A stretch of 62,755 bases of DNA, filler included, from Porpidia crustulata (lineage: Eukaryota): the NCBI GenBank assembly GCA_964255105.1. It is 5 parts of 5 records of this genome, joined end to end, with 100 filler letters (N's around TTAATTAATTAA, not from the genome) between each part and the next. Parts side by side here need not be neighbours in the genome. Positions count along the whole stretch, not along the records: positions 25,153 to 37,624 come from CAXUWE010000532.1; 4 more parts are not named here. One strand, 5' to 3'. Shown here in pieces: positions 25,183 through 37,238 of the stretch (position 1 is its first letter; each line of letters opens with the position of its first letter). The position numbers and the translations under genes were made by a program. The notes under the pieces are model-generated. The model searched no databases, was not told the DNA's origin, and worked only from the letters and a program-made list of their open reading frames with translations.

Positions 25183-25208
25183 CTACTACTACTACTACTA
25201 CTACTACT
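25183..25208 (+). repeat. (CTA)8 microsatellite within an AT/TA-rich contig end
   Basis: ctactactactactactactacta. Confidence 0.85.
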
Positions 25209-25587
25209 TAAAATACTTGCGTGTAATCTGTAATATTAATATCAGCCTTTGTGAGAGCCATGCAACCATGTATTATCCTTAAACCTGTAATTAATATCAA
25301 TGTTGCCGTCTCTTACTACTATCATTACTTACTATCTCCTTACACTGAGCCTACTGTGTACGTACGAAATCGCAATAGACAGACGTGTTGGAATATAGTA
25401 GAAGCGGAACTACTTTTCTCGTTCCTTGTTTTCCATAGAGCTTACGTTATTTGTGCTTGGCGCTCGTGACTTCTTTCATGAAACCCATTTATTATAAAAA
25501 GCATTCCAAGAAAAAACTTCAACGCCTTGCGACTACATTATGGGTATCTCATCGTTCACATGCACGGCTCCGTGTTAGAAAGCCAGC

Positions 25588-27990
25588 TCAAAATCTTGTC
25601 TCTTTCACCTTGCCTCGTCTTGACTTTGTGTCGTACTCCATCCATTGTGCAAAGCCTCTCCTACCATGACACAACAAGGGCCCAGGGTTCATGACATGGC
25701 ATCCCTCGTAAGTAAGTGAAAACGGGGTAGCCTCGGGATCCACAATTACCAGTGCTGAAGGTAGTGGATACAGTTGAAGAGCCCCTGCGTAGTCCCAAAG
25801 TATGGGACGATCAGCGATTGGAAACGGTGATAGAAATCCTTGGTCGAGTATTGTCTTCACTAATTTACGAGCTGTGAGGAGATCAGAAGGAATAGATCGC
25901 TCCGGGGTTTCTTTGGCTTTCGTTATTGGTAAGTGAGACCCAGCGGTCTCTACCGCATAGTCAGCGTCAACCCTCTCGTTTTGGCTTTGTTCACGGCTCG
26001 GTCGTGATAGGTCCATATACTGGTCAAAATGATTCGCATTCTTCGTATCTGAACCCTGTTGTGATTCCAAAGGCCTGAATCGTATAGCACCACGGCGAAG
26101 CCTACCGGAGGTGTCATCCCGGAAGATTACTACTTCCTGAGCAGGACCAAACAGTGTCAGGCGTGAGGGATTGGTGGACCATATGGCCTCGCCGTCTATC
26201 TTCTTACCCCCAGACCTGCCAACATTAGCGTTGGCAGCTGCAAAAGCTCGTTTGATCCGAGAAGTAAATATTTCAGGAACCTCTTTCTTTGGCAGAGCTG
26301 TGGCAGCACCTGCTGAGAACGCAGAAGCCCATGCGTCGTTATCCCCGGGAACAAAAATGAATGTAGCAGCCTGGAGTACGGTTGGGTAGTCTGAAAGGGT
26401 AGAAGCGAGGGAATCAAAATACTCCTTGTACTCGATGCTACCACTGCTGCCGCCGCCTGCCAAGACCGCATGGTGGACAAAATTCCCAATGAGCACGAAG
26501 ACCATTGGTGTCTGCTCGACAGGTTCGGCAGCGTAAGATCCCAGTACTTTCTTCAATGCCTGCAAGGTCTTCATATTGTCGAGATTGACCTCGCCGACAA
26601 TAACTACTCTACGCCTACCTTCAGTTAACGTCTCCGCTTCAGTTCGCCCAAGAACTCTTTGCTCCAATTTTCTCATCGCCGAGCCAGAGGCCCTCTCACT
26701 TCCGACGCCAAGAAAGTCGACCCACCCGAAGCCTCCTCCGGAATTGAAACTGCCGTCCCCACTCAAGCCACTCACCCCAAGCGTGACTTCTCGACGCTCA
26801 CATGGCGGACCACCCACAGAAAAGCCAATAAATTTACCTCCTACAGTGCCCCCTACCCCGTTATCAACACCGAGCTCAGGGCCAGCTAGCAACCCTTCGT
26901 CCTCGTATACCCCATCCACCAAGACGATCATTCCTGGCGTGAACCAAGCTCCATTTTCTGGTATAGGCCGAGCGTGTGAGAGATCAAGTGCAATGCTACC
27001 AGTCAGATCACCCAAAGTTAAGGTTCCAGTAGGAGAAATTGTCAAGAGTCCCAAGAGCAAATGAGTGCTTCCGCTACGGCCTAGTAAGTTTGCAATGGCC
27101 GTGATTTTGTATGCTTGCTGGGTAATCGTTGTTGGTGAGGATAAGCGTCCAAAAGAGTGAGTGCGTGGGACCATGGCCATTGAGGATTGAAAGGATTCAT
27201 TTCTTAGCAGGCGCTGATGTAAAAGATCATAACGATGGCGGAAAAGGTGTGTCTTCTGCGACGGATCAGACAATAAGGAGGGAGGCTTTCTTGCTATTTC
27301 AAAGTGCTTTTGAACTACATTGTACACCAATCGCGGTTGCTTAAAAGCTCCAACAACCTTAAGCCATTGTCTAGGGTTTTTTGACTTGTCGGAATCCACG
27401 TCTCCATCAACGCCTAAAGACGACAAGCCAAGGCTAATCTGGCTATCTGCTTCAGCTGTTGCTGCTTGGTTTTTATCGTAGCTGGCTGAGTTATTGTCGA
27501 GTCCCTGCAAATCCAACGCAAAACTTGCTTGCCCTTTAAGTCCTTTTCGCTGGACAATCCTCCCTCCACTTATGGATCCTTCGATATTGTGTAATATATT
27601 GGTAAGAGCTTCTCCTTCCGCAGGAAGAATGATACCACCTCCATTGTTCTTCCAAGTTTTGGCAACTTCGTCGAGAATGTTCTCTGCAAGACCTTCCTCC
27701 TTCCACCCTGAGCCACAATGCTTGCCTATGAAAACTGCAAGGGTATGCAGTGCCGGTGATGTGAGCGTAAGGCTGTGTTTTTTGGTGAAAATCCTGAAGG
27801 CCAGAGGACGTAACGTAGCCAGTGGTAGCGAGATGGGCAGTATCGATGGCTTTGCGGGTCCCGAGGGCGTTCGAATCCGCGTAGTGTGTACCTGTGTAGC
27901 AAAAGCTGGTGAGGATGATGGTGTAGGATCTGCGCTTGCTATTGTTTGGGCAGGGAGAAGCAAAGGCGCGGCACGAGCGGGGTCCTCCAT
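25588..27990 (-). CDS. DPB2: DNA polymerase epsilon subunit B
   Basis: 800-aa ORF: LRPLAFRIFTKKHSLTL, QRLLRNESF, DLTGSIALDL, FTPGMIVLVDG, FVPGDND, KLVKTILDQG.LSPF, LYPLPSALV, EGCHVMNPG. Confidence 0.95.
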   Translation of the reverse strand: MEDPARAAPLLLPAQTIASADPTPSSSPAFATQVHTTRIRTPSGPAKPSILPISLPLATLRPLAFRIFTKKHSLTLTSPALHTLAVFIGKHCGSGWKEEGLAENILDEVAKTWKNNGGGIILPAEGEALTNILHNIEGSISGGRIVQRKGLKGQASFALDLQGLDNNSASYDKNQAATAEADSQISLGLSSLGVDGDVDSDKSKNPRQWLKVVGAFKQPRLVYNVVQKHFEIARKPPSLLSDPSQKTHLFRHRYDLLHQRLLRNESFQSSMAMVPRTHSFGRLSSPTTITQQAYKITAIANLLGRSGSTHLLLGLLTISPTGTLTLGDLTGSIALDLSHARPIPENGAWFTPGMIVLVDGVYEDEGLLAGPELGVDNGVGGTVGGKFIGFSVGGPPCERREVTLGVSGLSGDGSFNSGGGFGWVDFLGVGSERASGSAMRKLEQRVLGRTEAETLTEGRRRVVIVGEVNLDNMKTLQALKKVLGSYAAEPVEQTPMVFVLIGNFVHHAVLAGGGSSGSIEYKEYFDSLASTLSDYPTVLQAATFIFVPGDNDAWASAFSAGAATALPKKEVPEIFTSRIKRAFAAANANVGRSGGKKIDGEAIWSTNPSRLTLFGPAQEVVIFRDDTSGRLRRGAIRFRPLESQQGSDTKNANHFDQYMDLSRPSREQSQNERVDADYAVETAGSHLPITKAKETPERSIPSDLLTARKLVKTILDQGFLSPFPIADRPILWDYAGALQLYPLPSALVIVDPEATPFSLTYEGCHVMNPGPLLCHGRRGFAQWMEYDTKSRRGKVKETRF

Positions 27991-28063
27991 TGTTCACATT
28001 TGTTGAGGTTGTCTATCGGATGGTCCGCTGCAGATTTTGTGCGCATATCAATCATCTTCACTA

Positions 28064-28080
28064 ACGCGTTCGTGACGCGT
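28064..28080. promoter_or_regulatory. Two tandem MluI cell-cycle boxes (MCB, ACGCGT)
   Basis: ACGCGT at 28064-28069 and 28075-28080, in the divergent DPB2/NASP intergenic region. Confidence 0.7.
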
Positions 28081-28386
28081 AGGCGCCATAGCTACCAAGT
28101 GACCTGCAATATCTAGATATTACCAGCAAAGCTCATTTGCCACAATGGAGAATCATGGTATAGATTCTTCTCCCGAGACCGAGTATTCCCCCTGACCGCA
28201 ATGTTCATTTGCAACACCTCCAGACACCCTCTTTTTCGCCTAGCTTCTACAAGGCTAAGGCATACCAAGAAAGCTAGAGTGCATCTATTTACTCTTAAAC
28301 AATATTGCCACCACTAGGATTCTCAAATAAGATACAAAGTTATCAGGTGCTTGTCTGAGCGACTCCGGAAGGTACGCTCAGCAATA

Positions 28387-29874
28387 ATGATAGAGCCATC
28401 AGAGCCACGGCTTAAGGGTCCCAATGTTGAATTCAGCCAGGGTATGGCCGAGGACAGCACAGCTCGTCTAAGTGACGCCATAGCTCGAGCGACCCTCAAA
28501 TACTCGATAAAGGACTACAGCAGTGCGGCAGAACTCTACTCACAAGCGACAGAGCTACAGGCTGAGCTAAATGGGGAAATGTCACCACAGAATGCCGATT
28601 TGCTCTACGCTTACGGAAGGTGTTTGTATCATGTCGCAGTACCAAAGAGCGACGTTTTGGGGTCTAAAATAGCAACCGGAAAGCGTGAAGAGAAGAGGGC
28701 AGATACATGGAGCAAGAAGCAACAGATGGAGAAGGTCGATAGAATCGAAGGCACGATAAGTAGCGTTGACAAGGTGACTATCCCCCAAGCTGTTGGGGAA
28801 GCCGAGCCCATCATAGACGATGGAGAAGAGAATGGTAACGAGAGTAAACCTTACTTCAATTTTACGGGGGATGAGAATTTTGACAATCCAGATGATGAGG
28901 ACGATGGTCCTGAAGATGAGGATGATGGAGTAGCGGAGGAGGATGATGACGATGACGACTTTGTTAATGCTTACGAGGTACTAGATCTTGCACGTGTCCT
29001 TCTCCTGAAACGGCTCAATGAGGTAGTCGGAGAAGAAAGTGGCAGGGTAAAAGACGACGCACAAACAGCCAAGCTACTCAAAGAGCGTTTGGCCGACACT
29101 TTCGACCTGCAAGCAGAGATATCATTAGAGGGCGAAAGGTTTCCCGATGCGGTCGTCGACCTGAGATCCGCTCTAGCGTTGAAAGATGAGCTATTTCCTC
29201 AGGAGTCGAGCTTGATCGCCGAGGCTCATTACAAGTTATCCTTAGCACTAGAGTTTTCTTCAGTGACGCAACAAAGGCACAAAGATGAAGACGCCGGCGT
29301 TGAGGGAGAAGCGCTTGTGGACGAAGCCATGAGAGAAGAGGCGGCAAAAGAAATGGAGGCGGCGATTGCCAGCTGCAAATTAAGGACACAACAAGAAGAT
29401 GCCAGAGCAGCTGCGGACGACCCTGAAATTTGTGACAAGGAAAAGATCTCCAGGGAGAATATCGATGAGGTGAAGGGGATGATTAAGGAAATGGAGCAAC
29501 GGGTACTTTCTATCACCCTCACTCTACTAGAACTACTAATAATGCCACAGCTTATCGAGCTCCGACAACCCCCAATTTCTATTAACGATCCTACCAATAC
29601 CGGTAACGTCCATAGCAGTGCTGATCCTCTCCGCGGCATCCTCGGCTCTATCGTTGGCGAATCCCCTGCCACACAGAGAGCCCGGATGGAGGAAGCATCG
29701 AAAGATGCCAACGATCTTACGATGTTGGTGAAAAGGAAGAAGCCCACGAATGGCGCTTCTATAGAGGCATTTAAAAGTGGCCCAGATATCAGTATGGGGA
29801 AGAGGAAGGTAGGAATTTCAGATAATAGGGAGGACGCTGGGACAGTGAAGAAGTTCAAGTCGACGAGGGAGTGA
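28387..29874 (+). CDS. NASP/Hif1/Sim3-family histone chaperone (SHNi-TPR)
   Basis: YSQATELQAELNGEMSPQNADLLYAYGRCLY, acidic insert, AYEVLDLARVL, LQAEISLEGERFPDAV, IAEAHYKLSLALEF, ANDLTMLVKRKK. Probable 48-nt intron 29503-29550. Confidence 0.92.
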   Translation: MIEPSEPRLKGPNVEFSQGMAEDSTARLSDAIARATLKYSIKDYSSAAELYSQATELQAELNGEMSPQNADLLYAYGRCLYHVAVPKSDVLGSKIATGKREEKRADTWSKKQQMEKVDRIEGTISSVDKVTIPQAVGEAEPIIDDGEENGNESKPYFNFTGDENFDNPDDEDDGPEDEDDGVAEEDDDDDDFVNAYEVLDLARVLLLKRLNEVVGEESGRVKDDAQTAKLLKERLADTFDLQAEISLEGERFPDAVVDLRSALALKDELFPQESSLIAEAHYKLSLALEFSSVTQQRHKDEDAGVEGEALVDEAMREEAAKEMEAAIASCKLRTQQEDARAAADDPEICDKEKISRENIDEVKGMIKEMEQRVLSITLTLLELLIMPQLIELRQPPISINDPTNTGNVHSSADPLRGILGSIVGESPATQRARMEEASKDANDLTMLVKRKKPTNGASIEAFKSGPDISMGKRKVGISDNREDAGTVKKFKSTRE

Positions 29875-30142
29875 AGCTAATTGTATCGCGGGAAGTATCA
29901 GTGCCCTGCGGTGATGGCTGAAAGCGCTACATCACTATCTTCGTGGAGCGAATTCAGGATATACAAGCGTCTGCGGAACCCATGATTTCATCAAGGCATA
30001 TTAGAGAAATCAGATCTTTAAAGAATTAGCGTCTTCAATGCTCTATTGGTATCAGAATCATGGACGCCAAGTTTAACCCCCTTAGCGTAACGCCGTTAAC
30101 ATCCTGATAGATGCTCAATTGCACCAGCCCAAGACATTGCCA

Positions 30143-30835
30143 TCATCTCCAATTCACATTCCGAGAACCAACTCTCCCAAATCGTTTCGCCCTTCTCCGC
30201 TTCGTTGCCAGACTTGGGCTCCATAACCCAGCGAACAAATCCTCACACTCGTCTTCATCCTGGCTATCGAAATCTACACTTGTCTGTGGACGGCTGCCGA
30301 GTGTCGCAGGTGGTACTTGCAAGATGACGTTGTCGTCCCTAGTCTCGTTCTCCCACCTTGAAGAAGAAAATATTCTTTTTGTCTCTAGTATGAACTTGCC
30401 AACTTTATAACTCTGCGTCTCTTCCTCCGCCGCATCGTATTTCCACCCAATCACTGATCCGCAAATAGTACAGCTGATGTCGCTTACTGTATGTTGCCCC
30501 GTCACAAGTTGTCGCTTTACAGGCTGGCCTGTCTGCGTATTTGGCAGATATGTAGCACTGCTTGTTCTCGAAGTTGGGGAACCGCTGACGAGATATGCTC
30601 TACCGTGGCGGCCGGTAAATCCTTTGCTGATGATTTGAGACGTAGGGCAGAGATCAGCCGCGCATTGAGCGCAGTGGAGATGACATATATCCCCATTCAA
30701 GTACTTATCCGTGACGGGATCTTTGTCCGCGAGGTTCGTGGAATTGGCGCTCGGCTCACGGCGGCGGAATGGAATTGAGGGAAGGAGGAAAATGGGAAAT
30801 ATCGAACGCGAGGAGGGTTGCTTTGATAAAGACAT
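30143..30835 (-). CDS. Yippee/Mis18-type zinc-binding protein
   Basis: CAQC...IISKGFTGRHGRAYL...LVTGQHTVSDISCTICGSVIGWKYDAAEEETQSYKVGKFILE. Confidence 0.92.
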   Translation of the reverse strand: MSLSKQPSSRSIFPIFLLPSIPFRRREPSANSTNLADKDPVTDKYLNGDICHLHCAQCAADLCPTSQIISKGFTGRHGRAYLVSGSPTSRTSSATYLPNTQTGQPVKRQLVTGQHTVSDISCTICGSVIGWKYDAAEEETQSYKVGKFILETKRIFSSSRWENETRDDNVILQVPPATLGSRPQTSVDFDSQDEDECEDLFAGLWSPSLATKRRRAKRFGRVGSRNVNWR

Positions 30836-31745
30836 ACTGACAAGCCCGGAACTGAGTCTTAAAGTAAAGCTTTTTCAGTATTACCTCGAAAGCTCGGTAG
30901 ATATACGATCAGTGCGCATTACTCGACCATGTCGTACCGCGATCACGCATGGCCGTGTAAAGTGCAGATAGCGCAATAGCCAAAGCTAGGTACATTTCAT
31001 GCTCTATAGTCCTCGCATGTTCTCAGGCGCCCTTACAGTACGCGCAAATAGAGCAGGTGATGCTTTATCGAATGCAGTGTCAGCATCAAGAGGGGCACAT
31101 GACCGGTATCATTACATGGTTAGCTAGCTTGACCGTTCACGGTGGGGGCTTAAGGACTGAACGGTACGCTAGGTAGCTAAGTAGCGTGGCAGCTAGTAGA
31201 GTACGAGAGCTATAGCACCACGGGTTCGTGGGGTTCCTAATTATAGCCGGTTTATATGGTGTATACAGTAAAGTGATATCAGCGTCAGAGATTCATCAAG
31301 CCCTCCTGGCTGATGACTTTGTAGGACTACGGGCAAGCAATTTTCATGGGGTGTTTAGCAGAAGCAACAAGCACAATCAAGGTCACCCTGCTACACAAAA
31401 TATCCGTGCCTTTGGTCATCCAGTGTGATGTTACAGTGCACTTTACGGTGCTAGTAGTTTACATAAGTAGTATTCCAAACGCGTGTACATAGAAAATCTC
31501 ATACCTTGAAGATACAGGAAACGATGGTCTTTTCCTTGCGAGATAAATCAAGAAATCAAAATATATTTATTCCCCAGACCTATACCAATCCCAGGGTATC
31601 ATCCCATGAGCGCCACTAGCAATGCGTTGCCGAACACGACGGATCCCTCTAAAGGTTGGACATCCTAGCTCCAACGCCGGAGAAAACATCCAACTTTGCT
31701 CGCTTTTCCTGGCTCTGGCGGCGATTGTGACTCAGCCTACCAAAT

Positions 31746-33793
31746 TTATATCTCACGATAGTCCGTGGGCCGATTGACATTGCGTCGAGCCTGATGACGA
31801 TGTGGGTTCACTGGCTTTCTGAAGTATGCACTGTCCTCTTCATTTTGCATAGCCGCGCTGAATGCATTCCGTTGCTGATTTACAAATGATCCCGTGCTTT
31901 GGCCATTCGGCCGCATACCGTTTCTGATATATCCATATGTTGTCGGGATTTGCATATTCTGCTGCCTATTAAATCCGTTCGGCATCAATCCTTCAGATAA
32001 TCCGCCTCCGTTTAAGCTAGTAGTCGACTGGGGAAAGCCGGCTCCCCATGTCCCATTCCAACTGCCATTACTGATGCCCATCATCGATGGGTTCTGCATT
32101 ATGGTCGGATCAAACATGCCCGAGTTCGTATTCATTCCAGAAGCCATGCTCACCGGCGTTCCCATAAATCCATTTGCCATCGGGAACGAAAGTGAGTTCA
32201 TCCCTTGGGGAAACATGAAGTTCCCACCAGGGAAAGGTAGCTGGTTGCTGGAAGATAGTTTTAAAGCTGTCTTGCCGGCTTGCTTGGGTGGTTGCACGTT
32301 CATCCCGTTACTGTTAGTTGGCTGAATGTCTAGTGCGCCCGTTTTGAACGGCGTTCGATTATTTGTCAGCTCCGCTTCTGCTGGTCGTTTCGTGGAAGAT
32401 TTATCACCGGCTGGCCTGGAAGTCTCGCGATTCAGAGGCAGAAAAGGCTTCTGGGAGGCAGATTGAGATATTTGCTTCTTGGGACTCTTGGAATTCACCT
32501 CCAGTGAGCCGGCCGTGTTTTCCTCGTCCTCATACTTGCGAATATCGGCAGCTTTGGCAGTGTCAGGTATCAGATCATCAATTAAAATATCATTAGTAGA
32601 GCAAGCGGGGCATTGCAAATCATTTTCCAGCAGCGCATCCGTTATGCATTCGAGGCAATAAGTCGCTTGGCAACATGGGGTCTTTGTAGGTTCTACAAAG
32701 AGGCGCTTGTCGATCGAACACTCTAAGCCCCTTTCCTGCAATTCCCTGCTACCGCGGGCGGCAATCTCCTGAGCAGCCGCAGAAATCTTTGCTTTGGCTT
32801 GATACTGATCCCAGGATGCCTTATCTGGCTCTGCAACAACCCATTCGCCATCAGCGTTGACCATGACCCCAGAGGGCTGCTTTGTGTCATCCACAGTTCC
32901 GTCATTTGCTAGAGCGATTGGCTTTTCTATTGTCTTCAGAAACGACCGCGGAATACCGGTTGTACGCTTCACTCTTGGCTTCCCATCAAAATTCGGGTCG
33001 TCGTTAGTCGGACATGATTGAATCCAATGCCCTAAATGGTCAGTAAAGTATGAGGAATTACAAAGGAACTCGAGATATGCTTACCTTTCTCGCCACAACG
33101 ATAGCACAAGTATCCGGGTGGTGGGATACCATCACGACCAGAGGCATTTGGGACTTTGCCTTTTGGTGCAGCACCGCGATGTATTGGAGTGACACTACCA
33201 GCATTCTATGTTAGTCGATAAGGGGATTGGCGTAAACGTGGTCAGGGTCACTAATGAGTAGTGTCAACTTACTTTGCCATGTGTTGTTGCTGCTTTTCCC
33301 AATGATCCGCACCCATCTTGAACATAGCGGCGATTTTCTGCTCTTCAGTCTGATCCCCATCGACATTGGAAAGACTAGAGGGACCAGGGACTGCTTTTGG
33401 AGCAGATTTGGAGCTAGACATCTCAGATCTATGTGTGTTCTTTGCGCTTTGAGGCATTTTGCCAGATACGTATCGAGCAGCACCTCCCCGTCCTGGTTTT
33501 GCAGCGGGGAGCCTCCTAGCAATCACCGTTGTGGACCGGGGAATGATAGATGTATCATCATCGTAGACTAAGTAAACGCAGTATTAATGTACTGAGCCTC
33601 CTTTTCGTCATATTAACATACTTTCGTTGGTGTCCTCTGAACTGATAGAAAGCTCGAAGTCGGTGCCATCTCCTAGTCGATTCATGACGATGATCTCCCT
33701 TTTCAATTCAAAGACCGAAATACCTGTCCCATCAAAAGTAACGCGAGTGGGTTCTTTCTGAGATTTGAACCGGAAGAATACAGAAGAAGACAT
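31746..33793 (-). CDS. MPE1: Mpe1/RBBP6 cleavage-polyadenylation factor (DWNN, Zn knuckle, RING-like)
   Basis: MSSSVFFRFKSQKEP..FDGTGISVFELKREI; PPPGYLCYRCGEK|HWIQSCPT; RVKRTTGIPRSFLK; CSIDKRLFVEPTKTPCC..C..CI..CPAC; multi-exon. Confidence 0.93.
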
Positions 33794-34792
33794 GATTTTG
33801 GAGGCGATTATCACAAATGTACCTCGATGATGCTTGATCTCGTATTTTATGACAACGATTTGGAAGTCTCTACTAATTTTGGTGAAGACAGGCAAGCCAG
33901 CCAAGGTCAGACTGAGTTAGAGCGCGATTTTTATATGCTTGGCTCGGTAGGTTCTTTCAAGTGTCGGTCTCGTAGTGCAGGTTGGTATGATCAGTAATTT
34001 GCAATGAGCAGTATAACTGCCCTGTAGCAATCTTCGGAGTTGTGTTTGGATCTGGCTAGTACAATTCGTGTCCTTGAATTTGGTAGGAATAAAACCAAGC
34101 ACAAGCTTGCGGTACAACTGATTACAAGATGCTTTCCACATGCACGACAGAAAAATGTACAGAGGGCAAGAGAAGAACTCCAAGATTCCCAAAGTGTTTG
34201 TATAATCCAGGTAACCGCAATCCCGAATTCCAACAATCTATACACTGCACTCAAGCTTTACCTCATGCCGCAACGCAGACTTGCTTTTATTTGGATGGGA
34301 ATATGAGGCGCGGCAAGTATCAGGATGTTGGAGACAATCGGCGTTCGGGAGAGTAGGTCATATGGTACCGAGGCGTGCTGTTTTCTGATAAAGCAGCTAC
34401 GCAGAGATATGACAATAAGGAAGTAGCTGTAAACAAGGGCGTAATGAGAGTCGAAACGAATACGATGGTTGGAGAAGCTGCAAGCGTTTCATGAGCATGA
34501 AAGGAAGGTGGAGTGCGAGATCCAGGCTTTGTATGTGCAATACTGATGAGGTGCTTTGATTTAGGAAGATGCCTTATTTAAGTTACCTTACTTTACCTCA
34601 TTGAGTAAGCGTTAGGATCTAGTCACGTGCATGGTTTTCTCACACAGAAATCCCCTCGTGGAAAATCCCTACCACGTAAGCAACTTTGGTTTTAGGGAAA
34701 GCAAACGCTATACTTTACTCTAAGGTAAGTTTTTACCATGCGTGGACTAATTAGGTAATGGCTACCGTCAAGAATCCTACCAATCAGGATTA

Positions 34793-36610
34793 TTATCCAT
34801 CACTTGAGACAGAATGACCGATATTCCCATCCCTTTCAAGGCGTCTGGTCGGAGACCCCCTTTCAGTCAGGTAATCCTTCACATCCATGATAGTATAATC
34901 ACCACGGTGAAACTGGACAGTATGTCAGCTTTTGGCTTAATTTCTCCAAACAGTATTATAAGTTCAATAGTAGTAGACATACCATGCCTGCACCTAGAGC
35001 AGCGTCTGCACCAGTTTGAGTGAAAACCTCCTGAAAATGCGCTGGATTGCCAGCACCACTCGAGGCTATCACTGGGATCTTGGTCAGTGCCCTCACATGG
35101 CTAATTAATTCAAGATCAAATCCGCTATTGCTTCCATCCTTGTCTATGCAGTTCAGTAAGATCTCGCCAGCGCCCATGGCTTCGACAGCTGACACGAGCT
35201 GGCATACGTTAACATCGCGCCCCTCACGCCCGCCCTTCATAGTGCATTGATACCAGCAGAACTCTTGACCAGATACACTGGGATATTTGGTTTGTATTGT
35301 GCGATGTGCTGTCTCATTAGGCGACTTAACATAAACTCGCTTCGGATCAATACTGACGACCACGGCTTGATTACCGTATGCGGCAGATATCATTTCAATG
35401 GCAGTTGTTCCTTTAAGTATCTTCCCGTTCGCAAGGTATTCCTCAGTAGCCGTGACGGCATCTGACCCGATGCTAATCTTATCAGCTCCTGATTTGAAGT
35501 ACATTGTAGCAACGTCAAGTGCAGACACTATTCTTCCATCGGTGTCAACGGTATCACGTATACCACCACCGATAGTCAGTGGAACGAAAACATTCTCTGA
35601 CGTTCGCCGCAAAATTTCTAGCATTGGGAGGTCTGCAACGGGACAATTACGAAAGGAAGTAATATTGAGAAAAGTGATCTCATCAGCCCCTTGTTCATAA
35701 TATGTTTGTGCCATATCCACGGGTTTTCCCAAATTTCTCACATGTCCACCTATAACAGTTCCAACCTTTTCACGGACGTCATATTGATCACCTTTTGTGA
35801 CAACAAGATCCCCTTGGTCGTTTGTACGCACGTCAAGGCATGCTATAATTCGCCGCGTCAGGCCTTGAGTGTTTTCATATGTTGCACAATCAAGTGCCAT
35901 TTCCCATTGTTGACCTCTTAAAAAAGCCTGCAGTACTCTGAGCCCTGCTACTCCGCTTTTCTCCGGGTGAAACTGCGTAGCGAACACATTTTGCCGTCCA
36001 ATCGCACCTATGAACCTTTCCGTACCATATTGAGAAACTGCAACGGTCCAGCCATCATGTTCTAAAAGCCCTTGCTCGTATGGTGCTGCATAAGAATGGA
36101 CGTAATAATACTTGCTTCCTGCTTGCAGGCCATAATAGTTTTTGCTTTGGCCATCTTTCTCACTTGATGTTGCCGCCGAGTTCCATCCGATATGAGGTAC
36201 GCTTTTGTCTGCATCGTTAAATCTCCTCAGGTTTCCAGGAATAATACATAGGCCAGGTACACTAGGATCCTCAGCAGAGCCACCGAATAGTGCTTGTAGG
36301 CCAACACAAATCCCCATGAAAGGTTTACCCGATTCGATGTGTTTTCGAATCGACTCTAGGTGGCCGCTGCGCGAGAATTGTTTGAGACAGTGCCCAAAGT
36401 GGCCAACCCCAGGAAGTATGAGCCTCTGCTCATTTCGGAGCGGAATTATCAATGGCTGCTTTCCGAGACTAAGACATGGCTACGTACCTCTGCATTATCA
36501 ATGTCACTCGGCTTCTTAACCCATTCTATCTGAAAGCCAATCTTTTCAATTGCATTTGCCAACGAGCGTACGTTACCAGCAACGTAATCGAGAAGATGTA
36601 CTGTGGGCAT
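34793..36610 (-). CDS. HIS7: Imidazole glycerol phosphate synthase HisH-HisF fusion
   Basis: Exon 1 [63 protein letters not shown]; last exon FHRGDYT...*. Confidence 0.96.
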
Positions 36611-36836
36611 CACCAATCATGCTCACAAAGGCTTGTGGATTTATCTACGAAATCTGTATACTCCAATGACAATTTGCTTGACCAGGTGGGATACTGATTA
36701 ATAAACGCTGAGAGTGGTTGGTTGTAATGCTGATCTGTTGTGTGACACAATTTACCACATCGCCAGTGAATAGTGCTCTTTACCCTAAATGTTCTGACAC
36801 CCAAATTCAGTACCTTATAGCTGATTAATTGTCTCT

Positions 36837-36912
36837 CGGTACTGGTACCCACCCCTAGCTCGGTCACTATACCAAGCGAAGATGGCCGAACTAGGGGTAT
36901 TCATGGGTATGC
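36837..36912. mobile_element. Degenerate short inverted-repeat element (same family as 37239-37375)
   Basis: ACCCCTAGCTCGGTCA ... TGGCCGAACTAGGGGT imperfect inverted pair. Confidence 0.5.
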
Positions 36913-37238
36913 GAACTACCTAACCTGAAAGCGTGCTTTTACCCCTACGTGCTTACAGCGACGCGAATGTGATACCTCAACTTCAATTACATGAACAGTG
37001 ATCAATGACAGAACCTAGGTTTACTAGAGACTCATCCTTGGGCTTTAAGTCGATGACTGTATTGTTTTTACATAGCTCTTTGCAGAACCAAGCTAAGTAT
37101 GCGTTGCAGTCCGTCTTGAGTCGATTATGAAATGGATTTTCCGTAGCACGTTATCATACACGTCCAATAGGTCCTTTTTCGCCTCTCGTTAAAGCTGAGA
37201 TCATAAGTTAGAATCGCTTGCACAAAATTTAATCAGCG

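Noticed and set aside
31120..31190. Two small hairpins (ACCGTTCA/TGAACGGT; ACGCTA/TAGCGT) as an ncRNA
   Set aside because: Short stems with no recognisable snoRNA/snRNA boxes; compatible with chance or promoter sequence.
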